64,000 nucleotides of DNA from an uncultured Pseudomonadales bacterium (GTDB lineage: Bacteria > Pseudomonadota > Gammaproteobacteria > Pseudomonadales > Azotimanducaceae), in assembly GCA_964611345.1 (NCBI GenBank), contig CAZSYU010000004.1:17620-81619 (forward strand), read 5' to 3'. Positions within the stretch are counted from its first letter, which is position 1, and each line of letters starts with the position of its first letter. The notes under the pieces are model-generated. The model saw only the letters and a list, made by a program, of their open reading frames with translations, was not told the origin of the DNA and did no database searches. Made by a program: the position numbers and the translations under genes. Shown here piece after piece: positions 46,213-54,236 of this stretch.

Positions 46213-46836
46213 ATGGCTTTTTTCGACGAACTTAAACGCCGTAAAGTGTTTCGTGTCACCAGCCTCTACGCTGTGACTGCGTGGGGAGCATCCATGGGTG
46301 CGGCCGAACTCTTCCCCACCTTTGGCCTGCCCGATGAATCGGTGCGCTGGTTCGTTGTGGGTGCCTTCGGCTTGCTGCCAGTTGTCGCATTGCTTGCCTG
46401 GCTTTACGAACTGACACCCGGGGGTATCGAACGTGACGCCGCCGATTGTCCCGACACTACCACGCACCTGGCACCCCAGCGCGCCGCCAACGAGTTGACT
46501 GCGAGCTGGCGCGACAAAAACTGGACCTTTCAGAACACCTTCACCATCGGCCGCGATATCACCTGTGACTTGCATATCGACGATCCGAAAATATCGCGTC
46601 GCCATGCTCGGGTAGTCGCTCAACATCAGCATTGGTACCTCGAAGACCTGGGCAGCAGCAATGGCACCAGCGTCAACGGCGAACTCATTACGCGAACCAG
46701 TCTCTCGGGCTCGGCCAAAGTTACGCTTTACGAGGGCGGCGACGAGATCACCTTGAGCATCAAAGTTCCGGGTGGCGTCGCCACTGTGCTCGCAGACCCC
46801 CCTCCGAACAATGCGATCACCCAACGTGATACCTAA
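46213..46836 (+). CDS. Membrane-anchored FHA-domain protein
   Basis: N-terminus MAFFDELKRRKVFRV, then two TMs, then a canonical FHA domain (TIGRD ... ISRRHARV ... GSSNGTSVNG). Start at ATG 46213. The track ORF starts at 46135. Confidence 0.8.
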   Translation: MAFFDELKRRKVFRVTSLYAVTAWGASMGAAELFPTFGLPDESVRWFVVGAFGLLPVVALLAWLYELTPGGIERDAADCPDTTTHLAPQRAANELTASWRDKNWTFQNTFTIGRDITCDLHIDDPKISRRHARVVAQHQHWYLEDLGSSNGTSVNGELITRTSLSGSAKVTLYEGGDEITLSIKVPGGVATVLADPPPNNAITQRDT

Positions 46837-46856
46837 GCAGCACCCTGTATTAGCCA

Positions 46857-49800
46857 CTAGAAGGTTTTCTCGTAGCGCATGCCAAAGGACACCTCGTTCA
46901 GTTCGAGATCGTTGTAACCTTCGGTGGCCTGGTAGGTGACAAATCCGGAGAATCCCCGGATGAACTGCGCCGACGCTCCCACCGACCAGACGAAATAATT
47001 CTCATCAGGTTGTTCTGTGCGCACAATAATGGGCGCAGATGGATTGGTTGGATCGTTGGCAAAAGGGTCTGCGGCGAACCGAATACCAACTTCTTCAACA
47101 CTGTCTTCGAACTCATGAACCCAATCGATCCGGGCGTTGGGTATGAGCACACCCCACTTCGTGTTAATCACCCAGCTGGCATGGCCACCGGCGTTCACGG
47201 TAAGCGACTTGGCATCCTGGTCACCGATGTTGAGGTTAAGCCCGCCGGCGCCACTTTCTGTGTAGGAATCAACATCAACGTCGTCGTAGTAAACACCGAG
47301 ATTCGGTCCAAACGTCAATGGCCCGCGATTAAAATCAAAGCCGGTGCCAAAACCGACGGTGAATATGGTGCCGTCCGTTGATCCGGTGGCTGTACGATCT
47401 ATAGCGCCACCAGAGTCGGTATAGCTAATGCGCCGATCCGATTCATAGTCAGTTGTGCCGTAACTAACCAGACCGTCCAGGTAGTAGCTGTCTGCCAAAA
47501 AGAAGGTGCTGTAGAGCGAGCCGCGATAGCTGTCGAAGTCGAGTCCTCCACCACCCGCAAAGTCAACATCGGCATTGGCATAGCCAAAGGCACCACCCAG
47601 GAAGAAGTTGTCGCGCACCCGGTAGTCGGCACCAACGGTAATTGTGCTGGAGTCGAAGTCGTAGCCGTTGTTTGCTTCGCTTGCGTCACGGTCACCAAAG
47701 TCGACCTTGCCATCAACAAAGAAACCCCAGCGACCAAAATCTGACTCGCCACCCACAGCCCCCCACGTGAGCCCGTGCAGCATTTCTTCGAGTGCCGCAC
47801 CGGAGATTTGTTGGCCGCTTACGCTGACTGACAAGCCCGACAGGTCGATGCCTGTTGCCCCCGAACGCAGACCATTAAGTCGCCGTTGCAGGTTGCCGTG
47901 CTGATCGCCAAGCAAACGCAGAGTCGTTATCGCAGCAGTCGCAAGCTCTTCTGCGTTGATCGCATCAAGCGCATCGCGTACCTGGTCGTCAGTGGTATTA
48001 ACGCTACGCAGATTGCCACAAATGCCAGCGAGGTCTTGTTGATCGGCGTTGGTGGGGTTAGAGGCTATCAATCGCTCACAATTAGTATCGAACCAGGCCG
48101 CGACTTCGCGTTGATTGGCAGACAGCCCGGGAATGCCCGCAATGTCTCGCCCAAGGTCACTAATAGAAATGGTGACCTGGGCGGGTGTGCCCAGGGTTAC
48201 CCCCACGGGGTTTTGCAAGATCACCGAAAAATTCTCAACGCCTTCAATGACCAAAGGTGCGACCACGCCCGATTTGTTCGAGTTTTTATCGTTGGCTGAC
48301 CTGACCGAACCATTGGAACTGGTTGAAAAATCAGAACTGGTCGAAAAATCACCCGGACCCCCGAAGGGCGCATCGGGATCAGGAATCAGTTCTATGCTGA
48401 TTGTGCGCGGATCGGAATCACCCGCTGGCCAGGTCAACACACCGCTGGTGCCGGTAAAGTCCTCACCGTCGGTCGCGGTATCTTCGACGGTCAAAAACTC
48501 GACACTCGCATCACCGTCGGAACCATTGATACGCGTTACTTCGAGAGTGATTGTGCCGTCGCCCTCGTTAACAGCGAGCTCCTCAACGGCAAACTGCACA
48601 GTTCCTGGCGAGCTGATGACTGGTGGCAGCCCACTGTCGTCGTCATTAATGGTGACTATCGCCAGCGAGTCACCGGTAGACACAACCCCGCCAACAGGGT
48701 CGAACAGTTCCACCTGAAACTCTTCATCTCCTTCAACATCCTGGTCATCCAGAATAGTGACCGTCGCGAAAGCGGGGCCGGCCTCGCCTGGAGCAAAAAC
48801 CACAGTACCGGTGATCGCTTCAAAGTCTGCGCCAGCCGTTGCGGTGCCACCGCCCAGCGTCTGAAAAGAGACCTGGCCGGAGTTACTGAGATCGCCCGTA
48901 CGCTGGATCTGCAGATCTATGCTGCCTTGTCCTTCGTCAATATTTGACCCAACAACAGCAAATCCAAACTCCGTTGTGGAGGTTGTGGCCGTTTCTGCGA
49001 TCAGGGTGACAAACACCACGGCAGGGGGCGGAAAATCAATTTCGTCGACAATCCCGTCCTCGAACCTCTGACCGTCGACAGCATTGGCTGGAATAACTGC
49101 ACTATAGGTAACTGTGGCCGGCTGTGCTCCTGTAATCGTGAGATCCGAGAAGGCTTGCTCGGTAGCGAAGGCGCTCGTGTCCTGAGTGACGTCCACAGTA
49201 AAGGTCACTGTGGAACCCGGCGCGCCCCTCAGAGTGACATCCGAACTGACACCCGTGTCGTCATCTTGAATGGCTACCACTCCCGTATCGCCATTGTTGA
49301 GCGTCGCGCCAACCGCATCGCTTAGAACAACGTCAAACACTTCCTGGCCCTCATCATCGCTGTCATTCATCAGCGGAATCATGATTGTCTGTGGTCCCTG
49401 CGCACCAGCTGGAAACGTCAGTGTGCCGGACACTGCGATATAGTCAGCGGGACTGTCCGCGTTGCCGTCTACCGTCGTAAAATCGACCGTTACATCGGCC
49501 ACGGGTGCTGCAGACGGAACAACCTCCAGGATCGCAAAGGGGGCACTCTCCCGGAAGAAAACGAGATCGTCGACAAACTCCAAATTCACATCTACTGCTG
49601 TTACCGGCCCGCCACCGCCTTGGCCAACATCGTTGTCTTCAATAGTGACAACCGCTGTACCGGGTTGAACTGCAGTCAGCACCGGAAACCCGTTACTAAA
49701 AGCACTAATCGATGTTATTGATACCGAAAAGGTCTCATCACTCTCAACATCAGCATCGTCAACAATCGACACCTCCACCACAGCGTCCGGATTGTTGACA

Positions 49801-50459
49801 TTGAGTGCAAAGCTCTGTGACAACGCATCATAGTCGTCACCCGCGCTCGCCGTGCCATCTGCGGTGGCAACGACCACGTCCGCGGTAACTGCAGCGGCTG
49901 GGCCTGGATTGAGCGTTAGCAGCGACACACTGGCAATGTCCGCATCTTCAGCAACCGACACATCCGGACCAATCGACACCTGTAATGGATCGTCATCACT
50001 AATGAGGAGATCAACCGCAAGATCAGGCACGGGCTGGTTAAAGCACGCAGGGCTGTTAGTGGCATCAACGAACAGCGCAAAGCCTTCCTGCATAGCTTCG
50101 ACTTCCGCATCGTCCGAAATGGGTATGGTTACCACCTCGGTGGTAGATACATCAGAGTTCGTTGATGCTGGGAGTGAAAGCGCAACGGATGTAGCCACTG
50201 ATGTGTAGTCCACGTCTTCGGTTGCGGGGGCAACGGTAGCCGGAGCAACGTCATCCGTTGTGACAACCACGCTTACATCACAAGTACCGTTTGCCGATTC
50301 CATCTCTGTTGCCGACAAGCTGAGAGTGATTTCCAACGCACCACCATTCTCCGTTATCGTTGTATTCCCCAGTGCTTCAAACGTGATCGCCTGAGCAAGC
50401 GGCGCTCCAAAGAATGCGCAAGACAGCACCAGACTACCCGCGAGTTTTGCTAATTTCAC
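46857..50459 (-). CDS. Autotransporter with a Calx-beta-repeat passenger
   Basis: Signal peptide MKLAKLAGSLVLSCAFFGAPLAQA. Repeated ~100-aa modules end in D-rich motifs (TIEDNDVG, AIQDDDTG, TILDDQDVEGDEEF, TINDDDSG). The C-terminal ~280 aa look like an autotransporter beta-domain ending in ...MRYEKTF. GTG start preceded by AGGAGG. Confidence 0.8.
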   Translation of the reverse strand: MKLAKLAGSLVLSCAFFGAPLAQAITFEALGNTTITENGGALEITLSLSATEMESANGTCDVSVVVTTDDVAPATVAPATEDVDYTSVATSVALSLPASTNSDVSTTEVVTIPISDDAEVEAMQEGFALFVDATNSPACFNQPVPDLAVDLLISDDDPLQVSIGPDVSVAEDADIASVSLLTLNPGPAAAVTADVVVATADGTASAGDDYDALSQSFALNVNNPDAVVEVSIVDDADVESDETFSVSITSISAFSNGFPVLTAVQPGTAVVTIEDNDVGQGGGGPVTAVDVNLEFVDDLVFFRESAPFAILEVVPSAAPVADVTVDFTTVDGNADSPADYIAVSGTLTFPAGAQGPQTIMIPLMNDSDDEGQEVFDVVLSDAVGATLNNGDTGVVAIQDDDTGVSSDVTLRGAPGSTVTFTVDVTQDTSAFATEQAFSDLTITGAQPATVTYSAVIPANAVDGQRFEDGIVDEIDFPPPAVVFVTLIAETATTSTTEFGFAVVGSNIDEGQGSIDLQIQRTGDLSNSGQVSFQTLGGGTATAGADFEAITGTVVFAPGEAGPAFATVTILDDQDVEGDEEFQVELFDPVGGVVSTGDSLAIVTINDDDSGLPPVISSPGTVQFAVEELAVNEGDGTITLEVTRINGSDGDASVEFLTVEDTATDGEDFTGTSGVLTWPAGDSDPRTISIELIPDPDAPFGGPGDFSTSSDFSTSSNGSVRSANDKNSNKSGVVAPLVIEGVENFSVILQNPVGVTLGTPAQVTISISDLGRDIAGIPGLSANQREVAAWFDTNCERLIASNPTNADQQDLAGICGNLRSVNTTDDQVRDALDAINAEELATAAITTLRLLGDQHGNLQRRLNGLRSGATGIDLSGLSVSVSGQQISGAALEEMLHGLTWGAVGGESDFGRWGFFVDGKVDFGDRDASEANNGYDFDSSTITVGADYRVRDNFFLGGAFGYANADVDFAGGGGLDFDSYRGSLYSTFFLADSYYLDGLVSYGTTDYESDRRISYTDSGGAIDRTATGSTDGTIFTVGFGTGFDFNRGPLTFGPNLGVYYDDVDVDSYTESGAGGLNLNIGDQDAKSLTVNAGGHASWVINTKWGVLIPNARIDWVHEFEDSVEEVGIRFAADPFANDPTNPSAPIIVRTEQPDENYFVWSVGASAQFIRGFSGFVTYQATEGYNDLELNEVSFGMRYEKTF

Positions 50460-50490
50460 AAAGACCTCCTGTGTCTTTTTAACGTAGTTG

Positions 50491-52437
50491 TTACTTCAAA
50501 CTCTTAGGTAGGAAGAAAAAGTCACCAACTTCGTGCCCCGCCGTTTTAATTGTTTTAAACTCCGGTCGTTGATCAAAACTTGCCGTTTTGGCGAGAGCTT
50601 CGACTCGATCACGGATGCGTAAAAACAATCCCGGGCTCGACAACAATCCTTTGTTGCCTTCCAATTCATCAAGAAACGCTCGGGCAAACACCGAGCTACC
50701 ATCACCGCCGCCATCCAAAACCGGGCGATCACCACCCGAGGTCAGCAACAAGCGAGATTTTTTGGCCAACTTAAACTCCAAAAAGTCCTGGTTGGCGTAA
50801 TTTGCTTCGTTTTGCCCCAGCAGCAAAAAACTGGGTTCGCGCGATAACAACCCGGCGTAGCATGAATCTGCCACCACTAGTATCCGTTTCGCTTTTAGCC
50901 GGGCCAGATGCCCGGTAACAAACTCGTTTGGCACCCAGAAAGTATTACGCGGGGGCTGTTCGGCGTTGGTTGGCAACCAGTAACCTACTTCTGACTTACC
51001 CTGATTCAGACGAGAACCGTGCCCTGCGTAGAACAACAGCAGATTATCCTCTGGCTTTAACACTTTGTTTAAATCGTTAATGGCCTGCATCACTGCAATG
51101 TTGTCGCCATCAGAAACTGTAAAAACCTTAAAGCCGTATTTGTCGCGCAGCACTTGCTCGGCGCGCGCGATATCCGAACGCGGCGTATCGAGATCTTCGA
51201 GGTAGGCGTAGTCAGCGTTACCAATGAGCAGTGCAAAGTAACGACCGAGCTTGAGATTTTTGTACGATCGTTGGCTGGCACCTGCCTCAGTCAGCTCAGG
51301 CAAGACAGGGGTTGCCTGAGCTGACCCCAGCGGTTCTCTGGTTTTGGGGCCACTGGATGCGACGACCACAGAGTCAGAGTCATTTGCGCTGGGGGTGCTG
51401 GGCGGTGGCAGTTTCGCAAGCTGCACGGCGCTCTCTTTCGCCTGATCTTCCAGCTGGCTAATCAGCCCTTGCAAGGTTTGGGTTTCGAGCGCCGCCTGCT
51501 CAGCGGATGCCGCACTGTCCGCCAATTGCTTTTTCAGCGCATCGAGCTGTTTGCGCAGCAACTCCACCTGCTGGTTCTTCTGTTCTATCGCAGCCGCGAG
51601 TTGCTCCCGCAGCTCGGCAGTTTCGCGCGCGGCGGCAGAGGCAAACATTAGATCGTCTTCGCCAATACCCCAGGCGCGCCGATACCAGTTAAGCGCCTCA
51701 AGTTGATTGGCCTCAACACCAAAGCCCTGCTCGTAGAGCGTGCCAAGATTGAACTGTGCCCGGGTATTGTTTTGCGCCGCGGACTTGCGATACCACACCA
51801 GGGCGGCTGTGTAGTTCGGCTCGCCGCCGAGACCACGTTCGAAAATTTCACCCACGGTGTTCTGCGCGTCAGCGTCCCCGGCCTCAGCAGCAGGCAGCCA
51901 AACATTTAATGCGGTTTTGTAGTCTGCGCGGTCAAACTCAACGTATTCACCACCGCGAATCCGGCAATCGGCAGCGGTGGTCTTTATCGGCCGCCGAGCT
52001 GTAAGGTAAGTGCGATTGCCCAGCCGTCGAACCTGACCCGGCAGCAGGCAGTCGACAACGTGCAGGTCAGCGACTTCGCGATAGCCTTCGAGCTCTTTGC
52101 CCGGCTTTTTCCCTTTATTTTTTTTGGCATCGACCGCCGGTGCGCCAACGACGAGCGCTGCAATCGCCAGGCCCAAGACTAGAGTCAAAGCGGGGGACCG
52201 CCAGAGGCGGCCTGACACGGTGCTGTGTGACGGTGCTATCACGAGAGGGTGAATTCCTTTCCAAAAAGCAAACCAACTGGCTGAATAGCGCCCTTTTTCG
52301 CGGCTGCAGTGCAATTGGTGCACCTGCGAGAAAAATGGACTCGGTCTACTCTGCCAGTTAACCGGTGTCTTCCTTGACATCACCCAGCGTCGAAACGCTG
52401 CAAGCGGCATTCTAGAGTCGAATGGCCCCAAGTTCAA
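50491..52437 (-). CDS. Exported Sel1-repeat / coiled-coil / caspase-like (peptidase C14) protein
   Basis: Sel1 repeats (AEAGDADAQNTVGEIFERGLG, AAQNNTRAQFNLGTLYEQGFG, ALNWYRRAW), a Gln/Ala/Leu-rich coiled coil, and a caspase His/Cys dyad (FYAGHGS and VVADSCYAG). Start uncertain: TTG 52437, ATG 52380, or GTG 52218 just before a signal-peptide-like LTLVLGLAIAALVVGAPAVDA. Confidence 0.75.
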   Translation of the reverse strand: MNLGPFDSRMPLAAFRRWVMSRKTPVNWQSRPSPFFSQVHQLHCSREKGRYSASWFAFWKGIHPLVIAPSHSTVSGRLWRSPALTLVLGLAIAALVVGAPAVDAKKNKGKKPGKELEGYREVADLHVVDCLLPGQVRRLGNRTYLTARRPIKTTAADCRIRGGEYVEFDRADYKTALNVWLPAAEAGDADAQNTVGEIFERGLGGEPNYTAALVWYRKSAAQNNTRAQFNLGTLYEQGFGVEANQLEALNWYRRAWGIGEDDLMFASAAARETAELREQLAAAIEQKNQQVELLRKQLDALKKQLADSAASAEQAALETQTLQGLISQLEDQAKESAVQLAKLPPPSTPSANDSDSVVVASSGPKTREPLGSAQATPVLPELTEAGASQRSYKNLKLGRYFALLIGNADYAYLEDLDTPRSDIARAEQVLRDKYGFKVFTVSDGDNIAVMQAINDLNKVLKPEDNLLLFYAGHGSRLNQGKSEVGYWLPTNAEQPPRNTFWVPNEFVTGHLARLKAKRILVVADSCYAGLLSREPSFLLLGQNEANYANQDFLEFKLAKKSRLLLTSGGDRPVLDGGGDGSSVFARAFLDELEGNKGLLSSPGLFLRIRDRVEALAKTASFDQRPEFKTIKTAGHEVGDFFFLPKSLK

Positions 52438-52459
52438 ATTGTAAAACGAAGTTACAATT
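52437..52459. promoter_or_regulatory. 8-bp inverted repeat AATTGTAA-N7-TTACAATT between the kinase and caspase genes
   Basis: Read directly. It is either an operator-like palindrome or a weak hairpin. It overlaps the longest possible start of the caspase ORF. Confidence 0.2.
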
Positions 52460-52560
52460 CAAGCCGCGAAGACGGAACCGTCCCAATTTTCCGGTCATGT
52501 TGCCCGGTCGCGGCCAAATTTTTAGATTAAGTCAATTAATTCATGGCCTTAAGCGACTTA

Positions 52561-54168
52561 TTAAAGAGCCTTAAGCTGTTCGAGCGCATCGCGCAGAACT
52601 GCATTGCGGCGCAGAAAATCATCCTTATCCGCCAAATCACGAATATTCTCCGCCAGTCCGGCGCGTATCTGGGGATCTGTCTCAGCGGCGGCCAACTCAA
52701 GCAACGGCGCCATCAAATCCTCGAGCCGGGCCACCACCTCGGGATTTCTTGGATGAGCCTCGTAAGCTATCAGGTACTCGCCATAGGCTAAATTTAGCGC
52801 GTTAAAACTCAGCCACTTGTCGCCATCGCTTAGTCGCCGCGTGACTTCCGCCTGGACCTCCGGTGCCAGCTCAGCAAACGGAACATCAGGCTTGGCCACC
52901 TCCAGCTGCACGGACTGATCCCAGCCCAAATAACCAGCGGTCCCGATCAACAGCACCAACGTTGCCGCCAGGGCAAGGCGCGTGCGTGTTTTACCATCGA
53001 GATCAGACAGATATTCCGCTGCGTGCTGGCTGCGATCTTCCCGGTCAAAGGCCAGCCCTTTCACAATGGCCTTCCAGTGCCGCCGCGGCAAACCCGGAAT
53101 GGGTTCGGGCACCATGCCGGCATCACGTGCGGCCGGCGCGGGTGCATTACCAAACGGGTGCTTGCCGGTCAGCAATTCATAGTGGGTGAGCGCCAGCGCA
53201 TACACATCGTCGGCCGGATGGGGCTCTTTGCCTTCGAACATTTCACAGGTGGCGTACGCCGGAGTAAGTGCACCCAGCGAGCCGGCATCAAACACTGTGT
53301 CGTTCGAATCTGTCGACTCTAGTGGCGCCGAGCGGCTGTACTTTTGTAAATTAGCACTGCCGAAGGTGCCGGCTGGTGCTGCGCGAGCAATGCCAAAGTC
53401 CAATACCTTCGTGCGGCCGTCTTCGGTTAGAAAAACGTTCCCGGGCTTGAAATCGGAATGAATAATGTTTTTGTTGTGCGCGTACGCCAGTCCGAGACAC
53501 ATACCCCGCACAATCTCAAACGCTTTTTGCGCCGGCATACCGTTGGGATTCGAGCTAACCACGTCATCAACGGGCTGACCTTCGAGCACCTCCATCGTGA
53601 GGTACACCCGATCGCCTTCACGGTCAAAATCATAGACGGTGGCAATTGCCGGGTGCGCCAGTGTTTGCGCCTTGCGCGCTTCGCGCTGCAACGCTACCAC
53701 CATGCGCGGGTCCCGCCGAAACGCCTCACCCAACACTTTTACCGCCACGTAAGGGTCGCGGTCTTCAGTCTCTTCCTTGCGCAAATCGCGCGCCCGATAC
53801 ACCACGCCCATACCGCCGCGACCGATGATTTTATCAATCACAAAGCGGTCTTTTAGCACGTCACCAACATTGAGGTCGTCAGTGGCATCATCTTCTTCAT
53901 CGGTTTGTTCGGCGGCTTGTTCTGCGCCGGCGTTTGCGGCCACTGATACCTGAGTGCCTGTTGCGCCGCTACCAACGGCTATCGCTGTTTGACTGCCCAG
54001 CACTATCGTGCTTTTTGCACTGTTAGCATCAGGAGCACCCGGAGTGTCCGAACCACCGGGACGAACGATTTCAGTCTCGGCCTGGGTACTCCCCGTGACC
54101 AGGGTCTGTTGTGCATCGTCACGCACCTGGGTGGCGTCATCGCGAAGCCGGGTAGCGTCGTCACGCAC
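52561..54168 (-). CDS. Hanks-type Ser/Thr protein kinase with one TM and a periplasmic helical domain
   Basis: G-loop GRGGMGVVY, VAVKVL Lys, catalytic loop HSDFKPGNVF, DFGIA, TPAYATCE. TM LALAATLVLLIGTAGYLGW, then ~130 aa C-terminal to it. First canonical start is GTG 54168. An AAGGAGG at 54220-54226 suggests the real start may lie further upstream. Confidence 0.9.
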   Translation of the reverse strand: MRDDATRLRDDATQVRDDAQQTLVTGSTQAETEIVRPGGSDTPGAPDANSAKSTIVLGSQTAIAVGSGATGTQVSVAANAGAEQAAEQTDEEDDATDDLNVGDVLKDRFVIDKIIGRGGMGVVYRARDLRKEETEDRDPYVAVKVLGEAFRRDPRMVVALQREARKAQTLAHPAIATVYDFDREGDRVYLTMEVLEGQPVDDVVSSNPNGMPAQKAFEIVRGMCLGLAYAHNKNIIHSDFKPGNVFLTEDGRTKVLDFGIARAAPAGTFGSANLQKYSRSAPLESTDSNDTVFDAGSLGALTPAYATCEMFEGKEPHPADDVYALALTHYELLTGKHPFGNAPAPAARDAGMVPEPIPGLPRRHWKAIVKGLAFDREDRSQHAAEYLSDLDGKTRTRLALAATLVLLIGTAGYLGWDQSVQLEVAKPDVPFAELAPEVQAEVTRRLSDGDKWLSFNALNLAYGEYLIAYEAHPRNPEVVARLEDLMAPLLELAAAETDPQIRAGLAENIRDLADKDDFLRRNAVLRDALEQLKAL

Positions 54169-54236
54169 TTGGGTTGCATTATTCTCTTCGCTCTTCTCTT
54201 CGTCCTTGATAGTCTCAGTCCTCCTTAACTAGGCTG

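Noticed and set aside
46147-46857. 236-aa minus-strand ORF covering the same DNA as the plus-strand FHA gene.
   Set aside because: The plus strand encodes a textbook FHA domain (GR, SRRHA, SSNGT, NG) after two TM helices. The minus-strand product has no recognisable motif, so I treat it as a high-GC shadow ORF.
48316-48351. 2 x 18-bp direct repeat (GAACTGGTTGAAAAATCA / GAACTGGTCGAAAAATCA) inside the autotransporter gene.
   Set aside because: It is a real repeat but encodes only a duplicated SSDFST hexapeptide in a linker. It is mentioned under the autotransporter finding and does not merit separate treatment.
29180-54168. Interpreting the kinase/PP2C/FHA genes as the threonine-phosphorylation module of a type VI secretion system or a cell-division (PknB-type) cluster.
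   Set aside because: No T6SS (TssA-M, Hcp, VgrG), FtsW/RodA or PBP genes are present in the window. The signalling genes are embedded in, and flank, the cytochrome operon.
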